DNA of 64,000 bases, from NCBI GenBank assembly GCA_964572485.1, contig CAZNGA010000005.1, positions 8,400 to 72,399 on the forward strand, written 5' to 3'. The notes beneath the pieces were generated by a model. It saw only the letters and a list, made by a program, of their open reading frames with translations. It was not told the DNA's origin and did not search any database. This DNA is from an uncultured Chitinophagales bacterium (lineage in GTDB: Bacteria > Bacteroidota > Bacteroidia > Chitinophagales > CAZNGA01). The position numbers and the translations under genes were made by a program. Shown piece by piece: positions 18,989 to 28,664 of this stretch. Position 1 is the first letter of the stretch; each line of letters begins with the position of its first letter.

Positions 18989-21883
18989 CTACAATTTTAA
19001 CAACTTATGCAGTATGTTTAATTCGCCTGAAGTGACTTTTAAGAAATAGATGCCTGCCGGTAGGTCGGCCACATCAAATTTTACTGAAACGTCAGCACTA
19101 TTCTCATTATTTGAAGTAAAAGAGGCAATACGCTCTCCTGAAATATCGATCAAGGTAAATACAGCTTTCGATGTTAAAGGGCGATTGAATGTGAGGTGAA
19201 TATCATTAACAAAAGGATTGGGGGTTGCTGAAATAATAGTAGTAGGCTGCTCATCAATGTTTTCAACTGCAATAATATCTGAAAATGACTCACTATTATC
19301 AAGATCAATAGATTTCAATCTGTAATAAGTAATTCTGCTTTTTACACTATGATCCTTATAATGATAATGCCTATCTTCAGTTGAATTGCTTGCACCTTGA
19401 ATAAAGGCAACAAAACTAAAATCCTTGCCATTATCTGCTTTCTGCAATTGGAATCCTCTATGGTTGCTTTCCGTTGATGTTATCCAACTAAGCAGATTGT
19501 AATTCCCTTTTGATCGCCCTTCAAAGCTGGCCAAGGTAATTGGTAACGCTGATCCACTGCTTGCTGAAAATGAATTGGAAAAGAATAATCCCCTTCCATG
19601 GGTTGCTGCGATCATAGAACTATCAGATGATCTTATTTGCAGCATATCTGTTCGCACGTTGGCAAATCCTCCATTTGAGGGCTGCCAGTTGGTTGAACCC
19701 CCATTTAGGTTATTGGTCGACCAAATTCCTAACTCAGTAGCTACTAATGCCTGGGTAGAGCTAATAGGGCTAAATAATGCCCAGCGAATTGGCATGTCGG
19801 GCAAGTTCCCTTCAACGGATGTCCAACTTGAACCATTATCGGTTGATTCCCAAACAGAATTGACTCCATAGTTAGAAAATGTAACCAACATGTGGTTTTC
19901 ATCTCCATCTTCAATTTCAATGCTTGATACTGTAGATGATGAAGGCATGGAGCCAGAAGTAAGATTAGTTCCTGACTTAGAAGCACCCGTGTTGGCTCCT
20001 GTAACTTTAACGATCCTGCCATTCTCAAGGCCAAAGTATACATTATTATCGATATTGGGCGAAACGGTAACCGCCGACACATAGCCACTGCTAAACTGCG
20101 AAACTGAAACATTGTTCTTGGTAGTTCCCGATTGGGGATTGTTCCACCTTAGATAATATCCTGCCCAGTGAGCTGAGTACATCTTATTTTGGGTATTATC
20201 ATAATCGCTTGGATTGATGAATTGTCCGGTATAGCCCAAACTAATATATGACCAGTTGGTTCCGCTATTGGTAGACCTAAAGAAATTATTGTACACATAA
20301 GAGGCAAACTGGTAATTCGTTTGATTTTGATCAATATGGCAAAAAGCTCCGTCACCTCCGGTAGCTTCAGTGGTTCCTTGTATCCCTACAGATGAAAACG
20401 ACTGTGTACCATTATCCTGGGCTCCTGCTAAAAAATAATTGGAATTCCGGGTCGGATGCATCGCGCAAGCATAGAATTGTGTAGTACGGTATGTTGAGTC
20501 CTTTCTAGTAATAGTTGGTGTACTTGCAGAACCATTTACACTCATATACACGCCTCCGTCATTTCCGAAATAGACTGTGTCGGATTGGTTAGGTGCGAAA
20601 ATGATAGCATGTTGGTCGGCATGTACATATTGAAAACAACTACTTGCCCAATTCGATATCTGCGACCAGGTGCTCCCCCCATCAGAAGAAGCCATGATGT
20701 CAACGCCGCCTACCATCACCCTATCTTCATCATTGGGATCAACAGCAGCAGCAAGGTCATACCATCCCTGGCTTCTGGTAAAATCAGAGGAGGTACTACT
20801 ACAACTTCCTTGATCATGCCACGTTGGTTTTGTTACAGCTGTCCAACCACTTCCACCGTTAATTGTCTTGTAAATATTGAATAAACCATAAGTAGATCCT
20901 CTTTGCGTAACAGCATATACTACATCCGAATTGGAGGGTGCACAAGCGAGTTCTATACGCTGTGCATTTGAGTTGGACCATACATTTGTCCAACTGCTTC
21001 CTGAGTTCGTAGATTTATAGATACCATCAGAATACATGATCCCAAAACTTGCATATATGTCTCCATTGGCAGCAATTTCAACATCTGCAGCTCCATCCGG
21101 AGAAGTTCCATCGCCATCATACCGTGTCCATGAAGTGCCTCCATTTGAAGACATCATGATACCACCTAATGAGTTGGTATTACTCCTTGTTGCCGCATAT
21201 ATTTTACTGCTCCCATCGATCACTATCTTCTGTACAAATTCAAAATTTGAAACTCCTGCAGTGCTTGAAAGTTGTGTCCATGTGGAGCCACCATCAGTAG
21301 ATTTCCATATTCCATCCCCGGTCACTGCATCTCCGTTATACCAACCTTCCCCAGTGCCGAAATACATGGTTGTATGACTGGAGGGATCCTGTACAATGGT
21401 GGTAATGGCCAAGTTATCGAAAAAATTATTTACTGGTGTCCAATCAGGACTAGAAGCTGTGATATCAGAAGTTTTCCACAACCCACCTCCTACTCCTCCA
21501 GCCCACACAGTTTTGTGCGTGTTATCTGACAGGTCTATCCATATTGCCCTGGTCCGTCCTCCTACATTATTAGGTCCACGCTCTTGCCAACTGAGTCCGG
21601 TAATTGCAGCTTTTCCATCCGTGTTATTTCTTAATTCCTCAGCGTACAAAAATGCCTGGTATAATCTCTCTCTAGGGACATACCCTAAAACAGGATCCTT
21701 CGTCCTGTCAAACTCCTGTTGCATGGCAAGGTCCATCCTATCACGCTTAGGTATTGTAAAGGTTGGGGAAGAGGTTGGAACCACTTCAACTGTTTCATAA
21801 GTATGGATATACAGAGAAGTTACAGCTATCCAACCGATAAATAGATAAAGGGAAAAACGATATACGAATTTAGTTCCTAGCAC
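18989..21883 (-). CDS. T9SS-secreted BNR/Asp-box beta-propeller protein (VPS10/YCF48-like)
   Basis: Repeated S/T-x-D/N-x-G-x-x-W boxes (STDGGSTW, SSNGGTSW, STNSGSSW, SSDGGSTW, STDNGSSW), RGPNNVGGRTRA, LPITLASFEG domain and C-terminal T9SS domain (PNPF...LPAGIYFLKV). Confidence 0.85.
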   Translation of the reverse strand: MLGTKFVYRFSLYLFIGWIAVTSLYIHTYETVEVVPTSSPTFTIPKRDRMDLAMQQEFDRTKDPVLGYVPRERLYQAFLYAEELRNNTDGKAAITGLSWQERGPNNVGGRTRAIWIDLSDNTHKTVWAGGVGGGLWKTSDITASSPDWTPVNNFFDNLAITTIVQDPSSHTTMYFGTGEGWYNGDAVTGDGIWKSTDGGSTWTQLSSTAGVSNFEFVQKIVIDGSSKIYAATRSNTNSLGGIMMSSNGGTSWTRYDGDGTSPDGAADVEIAANGDIYASFGIMYSDGIYKSTNSGSSWTNVWSNSNAQRIELACAPSNSDVVYAVTQRGSTYGLFNIYKTINGGSGWTAVTKPTWHDQGSCSSTSSDFTRSQGWYDLAAAVDPNDEDRVMVGGVDIMASSDGGSTWSQISNWASSCFQYVHADQHAIIFAPNQSDTVYFGNDGGVYMSVNGSASTPTITRKDSTYRTTQFYACAMHPTRNSNYFLAGAQDNGTQSFSSVGIQGTTEATGGDGAFCHIDQNQTNYQFASYVYNNFFRSTNSGTNWSYISLGYTGQFINPSDYDNTQNKMYSAHWAGYYLRWNNPQSGTTKNNVSVSQFSSGYVSAVTVSPNIDNNVYFGLENGRIVKVTGANTGASKSGTNLTSGSMPSSSTVSSIEIEDGDENHMLVTFSNYGVNSVWESTDNGSSWTSVEGNLPDMPIRWALFSPISSTQALVATELGIWSTNNLNGGSTNWQPSNGGFANVRTDMLQIRSSDSSMIAATHGRGLFFSNSFSASSGSALPITLASFEGRSKGNYNLLSWITSTESNHRGFQLQKADNGKDFSFVAFIQGASNSTEDRHYHYKDHSVKSRITYYRLKSIDLDNSESFSDIIAVENIDEQPTTIISATPNPFVNDIHLTFNRPLTSKAVFTLIDISGERIASFTSNNENSADVSVKFDVADLPAGIYFLKVTSGELNILHKLLKL

Positions 21884-22119
21884 TACTTTTTAGACATACT
21901 TTCAATTAAAATTAGAAAAAAAACACCTCGTATCCTAATTAATAAAGCCCTAATTATCAACAATAGTTCAGATTTCGTCACATAAAAAGGTGACTTCATC
22001 GAAAAATACAGATGAAATGAACAATAGTCCTTTGCTATAAAAAGTGGCCAATTTATCCATTTATCCTTTATAATACTCACCATTTATTAATACCTTTATA
22101 AGGTAAATATGCACACTGT

Positions 22120-23334
22120 ATGAAATTAGTAGAAGTAAAGGATAGCAGATCAGTAAAGCTCTTTTTGGATTGCGTGTCCACCATATATAGGAATGATGAT
22201 GTTTACGTAAGGCCATTAGATAACGAGTTGGAAGGCGTATTTGATCCGGAAAGAAATGTTTTTCTGAAGGAAGGAAAAGCGGCTCGCTGGATATTGGTGA
22301 ATGAGAACGATAACCCAATAGGCCGTGTGGCTGCATTTATCAATGCAAAGAAAGCCCATACATTTGATCAGCCCACCGGCGGCATGGGTTTCTTTGAGTG
22401 TATCAATGACCAAAAAGCAGCTTTCATGCTCTTTGATCAATGCAAGAAATGGTTGAATGAAAATGGAATGGAAGCGATGGACGGGCCTATCAATTTTGGC
22501 GAGAATGATCGGTTTTGGGGATTACTGGTTCACGGCTTCACTCATCCAGGATATGGACTCAACTATAATCCACCCTATTATCAAAAGCTATTTGAAGATT
22601 ATGGTTTCGAGTTCTATTTTGAACAGCTGAGCAATCACTTGGACATCACAAAGCCCCTTACAGAGCGATTTACCAAGATAGCGAACTGGGTAGCTAGTAA
22701 GCCCGGTTATTCCTTGGAACACTTTAAGTTAAGTGAAACTGAGCGTTTTGTCAGTGATTTTGTAGAGGTGTATAACGTTGCATGGCAGTTTCATGAGAGT
22801 TTCACTGCCATTGACCCGGTTGACGTGCGTAGAAGTCTTTCGAAATTGAAACCCATTTTAGAAGAGAAGTTCATTTGGTTTGCCTATTTCGAAGGGAAAC
22901 CCATTGCCTTCATGGTAATGATACCTGATGTAAACCAGATCCTCAAATATTTGAATGGGAAATCCAATTGGTGGGCTAAGGTTAAATTTGCATGGTACAA
23001 ATGGCGCAAAGTGATCAACAGGTCAAGGATCGTTATATTGGGAGTGTTGCCCAAATATCAAAAAAGCGGTATTGAATCAGCTTTGATAAATAATGCTGCC
23101 AAATCCATTTATGCGAAGGGTTATTATAAAGAAGTAGAATTGTCATGGGTAGGAGATTTTAATCCCAAGATGAGAGCATTGCATGAATCAGCCGGAGCCA
23201 TATTGGGAAAAAAACATTTTACTTATAGGAAGTTGTTCCAGGAAGATTCTTCCCATAAACGTTCCACCATAATAGCCCGCGACACCAAAGAACAAGCATT
23301 GCGCCAGGAAAAAGAGAAAGATCCTCAAAGTTAA
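22120..23334 (+). CDS. GNAT-fold acyltransferase, YghO-like family
   Basis: IGRVAAFIN, GMGFFECIND, DGPINF, NYNPPYYQKLFE, LGVLPKYQKSGI, ELSWVGDFN. Confidence 0.75.
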   Translation: MKLVEVKDSRSVKLFLDCVSTIYRNDDVYVRPLDNELEGVFDPERNVFLKEGKAARWILVNENDNPIGRVAAFINAKKAHTFDQPTGGMGFFECINDQKAAFMLFDQCKKWLNENGMEAMDGPINFGENDRFWGLLVHGFTHPGYGLNYNPPYYQKLFEDYGFEFYFEQLSNHLDITKPLTERFTKIANWVASKPGYSLEHFKLSETERFVSDFVEVYNVAWQFHESFTAIDPVDVRRSLSKLKPILEEKFIWFAYFEGKPIAFMVMIPDVNQILKYLNGKSNWWAKVKFAWYKWRKVINRSRIVILGVLPKYQKSGIESALINNAAKSIYAKGYYKEVELSWVGDFNPKMRALHESAGAILGKKHFTYRKLFQEDSSHKRSTIIARDTKEQALRQEKEKDPQS

Positions 23335-23399
23335 TTTTCAGTGGAACAAAAGTTCCAGGACATTGAGAAAATGAGAAATTTTTGCACGTTCATATAACA

Positions 23400-23930
23400 A
23401 TGAATAGTTACAAATTCAAGGCCTCTCAAGATGTTTTTTCGTTGATTCTTACCTGGGTCTATTTAGGTGGTCTCAGTTACCTTGGGTACTACTTTATTAC
23501 TTTAATTATAAATGAGGAATGGTCATTAGTTCAAATTACAAATATTGGGATCATATTGACCCTATTGTTAGTAGTTGCGATCATTTGTTTTCTATATAGC
23601 CCACAGAGTTATCAAATAACTGACAAATTAGTCGTTATCAGACCATTGAAACCAAAAGTATTTGACTTTAAAGAAATTGACTCTGTCAGAGTGCTCGATA
23701 AAAGTGAGATGAAAGGTTTAATGATGACAGGTGCTAATGGCGGATTATTTGGATACTGGGGCAACTTTTACAATAAAACATTTAGGGACATGAAGTTCTA
23801 TGCCACGCAACGGAAAAATTTGATCCTGATCAAGATCAAAGATGGCAAAAAGATCGTTATCTCTCCCAATGATATTTCTATGGCAGATAAATTAAAGGAG
23901 CGTATTCAAGTAATTACTGTGGGGCAATAG
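23400..23930 (+). CDS. Bacterial PH-domain membrane protein
   Basis: Two N-terminal TM helices then GANGGLFGYWGNFY...MKFYATQRKNLILI...IVISPND. ATG 23400 preferred over TTG 23382. Confidence 0.75.
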   Translation: MNSYKFKASQDVFSLILTWVYLGGLSYLGYYFITLIINEEWSLVQITNIGIILTLLLVVAIICFLYSPQSYQITDKLVVIRPLKPKVFDFKEIDSVRVLDKSEMKGLMMTGANGGLFGYWGNFYNKTFRDMKFYATQRKNLILIKIKDGKKIVISPNDISMADKLKERIQVITVGQ

Positions 23931-23941
23931 GTTTATGACCT

Positions 23942-26188
23942 TTATTTTATCTTATAGCGAAATCCAAAATACACATTCCTACCAAAGATCGGCCCCCAGA
24001 TCAAAGAGCTGTCAAAATATTTGCTAAAGGGTAGTTCACTGGACAATATAGGATCTTTCTGTACATAACCCAACAGGTTCTCTACACCACCATATAATTC
24101 AAACTTCTCCTTCCAGGTCTTGCTGATATGCCCATTCATTAGCACAAATTGAGGTGACTTTTCAGGCAATTGATATTCCACCTGATTGCTTCCTGTAAAA
24201 GGGATCCTCTTTTCACCCTGCCAGTTGACCGTGTAATCAAACTTCCAATGATCATTTGTCTCATAACCAATGTTCAGAAAAGAACGATGCGTTGCCACAA
24301 AAGGTTTTTGCATTAATTTTCCATTATAAGTGGTTTGCACCTCATACCAGCGATAAGCCAGCCGCACATTCAGTTTCTCGATCACTTCATAATCCACCTG
24401 TAACTGAAAGCTGTTGGAGTACGAAACACCTTGTAAATTGTAGAAGTAAACTTCCTGTGGGCTTTGGTCCAGGTCCATTACGGCCTGATTCTCAAAATCT
24501 GTTCGGTAATAATCAAAGCTGATGCTACCCTTCCTGTGATCGACCCTAAAATACTGCGTCAGATCCAATCCATAGTTCCAGGCTACTTCAGGATTCAATC
24601 CGTAAGGCCTGTCACCGCCATCTCCTAATATGATGACCCGCCTGGAGCTTGCCAACAGGCCACTGTTCTCAGAAAGGATATTGGCAGTGCGCTGACCACG
24701 TCCCCCGGAAGTTCTTAATATGGTTTTTTCTGTGATGGCATATCGAATATGCAACCTTGGTGTTACAAACGATCCAAAATGATTATGATGGTCTGCTCTT
24801 ACACCAGCAACTGCATTGAACTTTTCCAAATAGGAGTAAGTATACTCAAAATACACCCCAGGAACCATTTCTGTACGATCATAAGTTGTAAAATTCAGTC
24901 TTTCATTATATTCATCATATTGAAAAGTAGCTCCTATCCAAAACTTATAATCCTCTGATCCGAGATGGCTTTTATACATAAAATTAGCGTACCCGCTATG
25001 TTGGGTAGCATAATAATTATTTGCACCGAAGAGGTTGTCCTGGCTGTGGCCTGTACCAGAAAGCTACAATCCAACCGTTTTCCAAGGCATATCTTCAAAT
25101 ACTCTTCCTATCTTAGCCCACCCTTCAATCCTTTGCATATTCATTTGCATTCCCCAGATACCTTGGTTAGTGTTATTGATATTAGGTTCAAAGCCCATCT
25201 GCCCCCCTTCATTATCAATATAGGTCCCTTTCACCCCAATCTTGGCACGCAGACCTTTTGCACCAATATATTTCCACCTGTTCAACCCAATGAATTCACT
25301 GCTCAATGGTTTATCAATAAAATTATCTCCATTTCTGTCCCATTTCGTTGTATTGTTCCTGCCATGTAATAACAGTGCTGTTGACAATTTTTTATTCTTA
25401 AATCTATGGACCAAATTTGCATTTGCCTCCCTCCTGCCACCTTCATTACCAAATCCGTTCAAATACAACCGATCAGCGTCTTCCGGCTTTCGTAACTCCA
25501 CATTTATTTGTCCGGCGATGCTTTCATATCCATTAACTACTGATCCAGGTCCTTTGACCAACTGTATGCCTTCAACCCAAGTCCCGGGAATAAATGAAAG
25601 TCCATAGATGGCAGACAATCCTCTTACATCCACCATTTTCTCTCTCGTTATCTGTGTATATGGCCCTGCAAGCCCAAGCATTTGTATTTGACGAGTATCT
25701 GTAACAGCATCAGTAAAGGAGACATCTACACTTGGATTGGTTTCAAAACTTTCACTCAGATTGCAGCAAGCGGCTTTTTGCAACTCCTTCTCACCAATAT
25801 TCTCAACCTTACTGGGATTTATATTAGAGATCTCCGTTGACTTCTTTTTTTCAATTATTTCAACCTTATCCAGGTTTATGATCGCTTTCAATGCCACTGT
25901 TAAATAATCCTTCACCCCTATCTCAATAGTATCATTCTGATATCCAATATAACTCACAACGAGCTTATGGGTTAAATTAATCCATTCAATCCTGAATTCC
26001 CCATTCTCATCGGTGACAACGCCAATAGTAGTACCCAACCAGTATACATTGACAGCAAAAAGTGGGACAGTTTTACCTTCATCTGTCACTTCAAACACCT
26101 TCCCCTCAAGGTACTCTTTAGCATTCTGACCGCTCAAGTATCCCGGGAGAACAAGAAGAAGGAATAATATTACTTTCAATAGCTTCAT
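23942..26188 (-). pseudogene. TonB-dependent receptor interrupted by one in-frame TAG (25064-25066)
   Basis: Track ORFs 25064-26212 and 23942-24979 share a frame (84 nt between them) and the bridge is open: TVGL*LSGTGHSQDNLFGANNYYATQHSGYANFMYK. N-part has CarboxypepD-like and plug motifs (AACCNLSESFETNP); C-part is barrel strands ending GRNVYFGFRYKIK. Confidence 0.85.
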
Positions 26189-26379
26189 AAAACAATAATG
26201 CAAAATACGCAAATTATTGCATCGTCGTCGGAAGCTTTGTCAGTAAACCCTTTCTGCTTAATACTTGAGTCGTTACTCAACTATTGAAAAATTACGGACA
26301 TATTAAATATGTTGACATAAGTAACAGGAAATACTGCTATATTTGAGTTCATAAGTAAAGAGAAAATCAGTAGAAGGTT

Positions 26380-27198
26380 ATGCAAGAAATCCGGCAGATA
26401 GGTGATAGAAATTGGTCTATTGATGAAATAAAAGTATCAATAACTGAATTCTTAGATTTATATGAGAAAAGGCCTATTCCTGACAATGGAGGGGGTATGT
26501 TATCTCCACATATGTTTGCCACATGGTTTTTCCTAAAGAAACTTAACCCTGTAAATGTAATTGAAAGCGGTGTATGGAAAGGTCAGGGAACATGGTTGAT
26601 TGAAAATACTCTACCGGAAGCCAATGTTTATAGTATTGACATCAATTTAAACTTTAGAGAATATATATCTGATAAGGTAACTTATTTTGACAAAGATTTT
26701 AACATGATTGATTGGTCATTTTTAAAAGATAAGGATAGCACGTTACTATTTTTTGACGATCATCAAAATGCTGTTGAAAGAATAAAGAAGGGGAAGAGCA
26801 TGGGATTTACCCATTTCATCTTTGAGGATAACTATCCTGAAAAGCAAGGAGATTGCTACTCATTAAAAAAAGCATTTCAACATGCAGGCTATAAACCAAT
26901 TGTATCAAACACTCCTTTGAAATCATTCATCCAACGAATTTTATGGCCAAGAAAATATAAAACCATTAGATCGAATGGCAAGAACGCAGCATATTTAAAG
27001 AAGGTGTTAGATATCTACTTTGAATTCCCACCTGTCTTCAAGAAAGAAAAGACCCGCTGGAGAGATCGCTGGAACGAAGAAGAATATCCCACTTCACCTC
27101 CATTATACACGGAGATGGCCCATGATTATCTTCAAATATTTGATCAGGACGCACTACATTATACGTGGATATGCTTTGCAAAAGTAAAGAAAAGTTAG
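26380..27198 (+). CDS. Hypothetical protein, probable class I SAM-methyltransferase-like fold
   Basis: 272 aa; VIESGVWKGQGTW resembles SAM motif I, YSIDI motif II, LLFFDDH motif IV. Confidence 0.55.
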   Translation: MQEIRQIGDRNWSIDEIKVSITEFLDLYEKRPIPDNGGGMLSPHMFATWFFLKKLNPVNVIESGVWKGQGTWLIENTLPEANVYSIDINLNFREYISDKVTYFDKDFNMIDWSFLKDKDSTLLFFDDHQNAVERIKKGKSMGFTHFIFEDNYPEKQGDCYSLKKAFQHAGYKPIVSNTPLKSFIQRILWPRKYKTIRSNGKNAAYLKKVLDIYFEFPPVFKKEKTRWRDRWNEEEYPTSPPLYTEMAHDYLQIFDQDALHYTWICFAKVKKS

Positions 27199-27271
27199 GT
27201 TGTTAAGAGAACAGTAATTCCTTTACTAGTCATTCAACCCAATTTTTCCTTCTATAGTTCAAGATGGTTGT

Positions 27272-28522
27272 TCATGCATGTTCTTCCCAAACAATTCCAA
27301 GGTTGATGATCGTTTCTGCGGATTTTGCGAGGTCCTGAGCTGAGATCCATTCCATTTTAGAATGAAAAGCATGCTCACCGGCAAAAATATTGGGAGTTGG
27401 CAATCCCATAAAGGAGAGTTTTGAACCATCGGTCCCACCACGAACACTCTTCATAAAGTAATCAATCCCTGCTCTTTTCATGGCTTCCTTGGCATGCTCA
27501 ATGACTTCAGGGTGTTTATCCAGTATTATCTTCATATTTCGATACTGTTCTTCAACCTCAAAATCAACGGATGACCCTTTATAATTATTTGCCACCTTTT
27601 TAGCTACATCTTCCAAATAGGATTCCAATTTCTTTAATCCCTCTTCAGTAAAATCACGAATAATAAATTTTATCACTACTTTTTCTACCATGCCATTGAT
27701 GGTGAGGGGATGGATAAATCCTTCCCTACCTTCAGTGGTTTCAGGTGAAAGTTTATCTTTAGGAAGTTGATCAATGATCTCAGAGGCCATCTTTATGGCG
27801 CTCTCCAGTTTCCCCTTTGCAAATCCGGGATGAGCGCTTACACCATGAACAGTAATGGTGGCCCCATCTGCAGAAAAGGTTTCATCCTCAAGGCATCCCA
27901 GGGAATCGCCATCAATGGTATAACCAAATTCAGCACCCAGCTTTTCAATGTCTACCTTATCAGCACCTCTTCCGATCTCTTCATCGGGAGTAAATAAGAT
28001 CCTGATTGTACCATGCTTCACTTCGGGATGGGTTATATAAAAGTTAGTGGCATCCATGATCGCCGCGATCCCTGCCTTATTATCAGCTCCTAAAAGTGTA
28101 GTCCCATCAGCGGTGATCACATCATTCCCTTTTTGATTCAAAAGATCAGGGTGGTCACCTGTTTTTATAATCTGGGCTGTATCATTAGGTAATACAATAT
28201 CAGTACCATCATAGTTCTCATGGATCACTGGATTCACATTTGCGCCACTACAGTCAGGAGAGGTATCCATATGAGCGCAAACACAGATCACAGGTACCTT
28301 TTTATCCGAGTTTCCTTCTATAGTGGCATATACATAACCATGCTCATCCATGTGTGCATCAGAAACACCCATTTCCTGTAATTCATTAACCAAATAAGCT
28401 CCCAGATCCTTTTGCTTATCTGTTGAGGGACAAGTATCAGAATCAGGGTCAGATTGGGTATCAAATTTTACATATTTCAAAAACCTTTCTTTGGCAGTGT
28501 GTTCAATTGTGAATGAGCTCAT
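27272..28522 (-). CDS. pepT: Peptidase T (M20B tripeptidase)
   Basis: AHMDTSPD, LLGADNKAG, FTPDEEIGRG, HPGFAKG, VRGGTDG, PTPNIFAGEHAFH. Confidence 0.96.
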   Translation of the reverse strand: MSSFTIEHTAKERFLKYVKFDTQSDPDSDTCPSTDKQKDLGAYLVNELQEMGVSDAHMDEHGYVYATIEGNSDKKVPVICVCAHMDTSPDCSGANVNPVIHENYDGTDIVLPNDTAQIIKTGDHPDLLNQKGNDVITADGTTLLGADNKAGIAAIMDATNFYITHPEVKHGTIRILFTPDEEIGRGADKVDIEKLGAEFGYTIDGDSLGCLEDETFSADGATITVHGVSAHPGFAKGKLESAIKMASEIIDQLPKDKLSPETTEGREGFIHPLTINGMVEKVVIKFIIRDFTEEGLKKLESYLEDVAKKVANNYKGSSVDFEVEEQYRNMKIILDKHPEVIEHAKEAMKRAGIDYFMKSVRGGTDGSKLSFMGLPTPNIFAGEHAFHSKMEWISAQDLAKSAETIINLGIVWEEHA

Positions 28523-28664
28523 AATCTCTAAGTTTAGTAAATAAAAATGAAGGTTAAAGTTCAGAAAAAAAGGGGGGAAATAGAAGCAAATGAAGACTCA
28601 ATTTATTGAAACTTAAATATGTGAAAATCGTTAAATATCGAATTATCAATGATCAAAACCTATT

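Noticed and set aside
21883-22336. Short ORFs 21883-22083 and 22061-22336
   Set aside because: They cross a divergent promoter region or overlap the GNAT gene and have no protein-like features.
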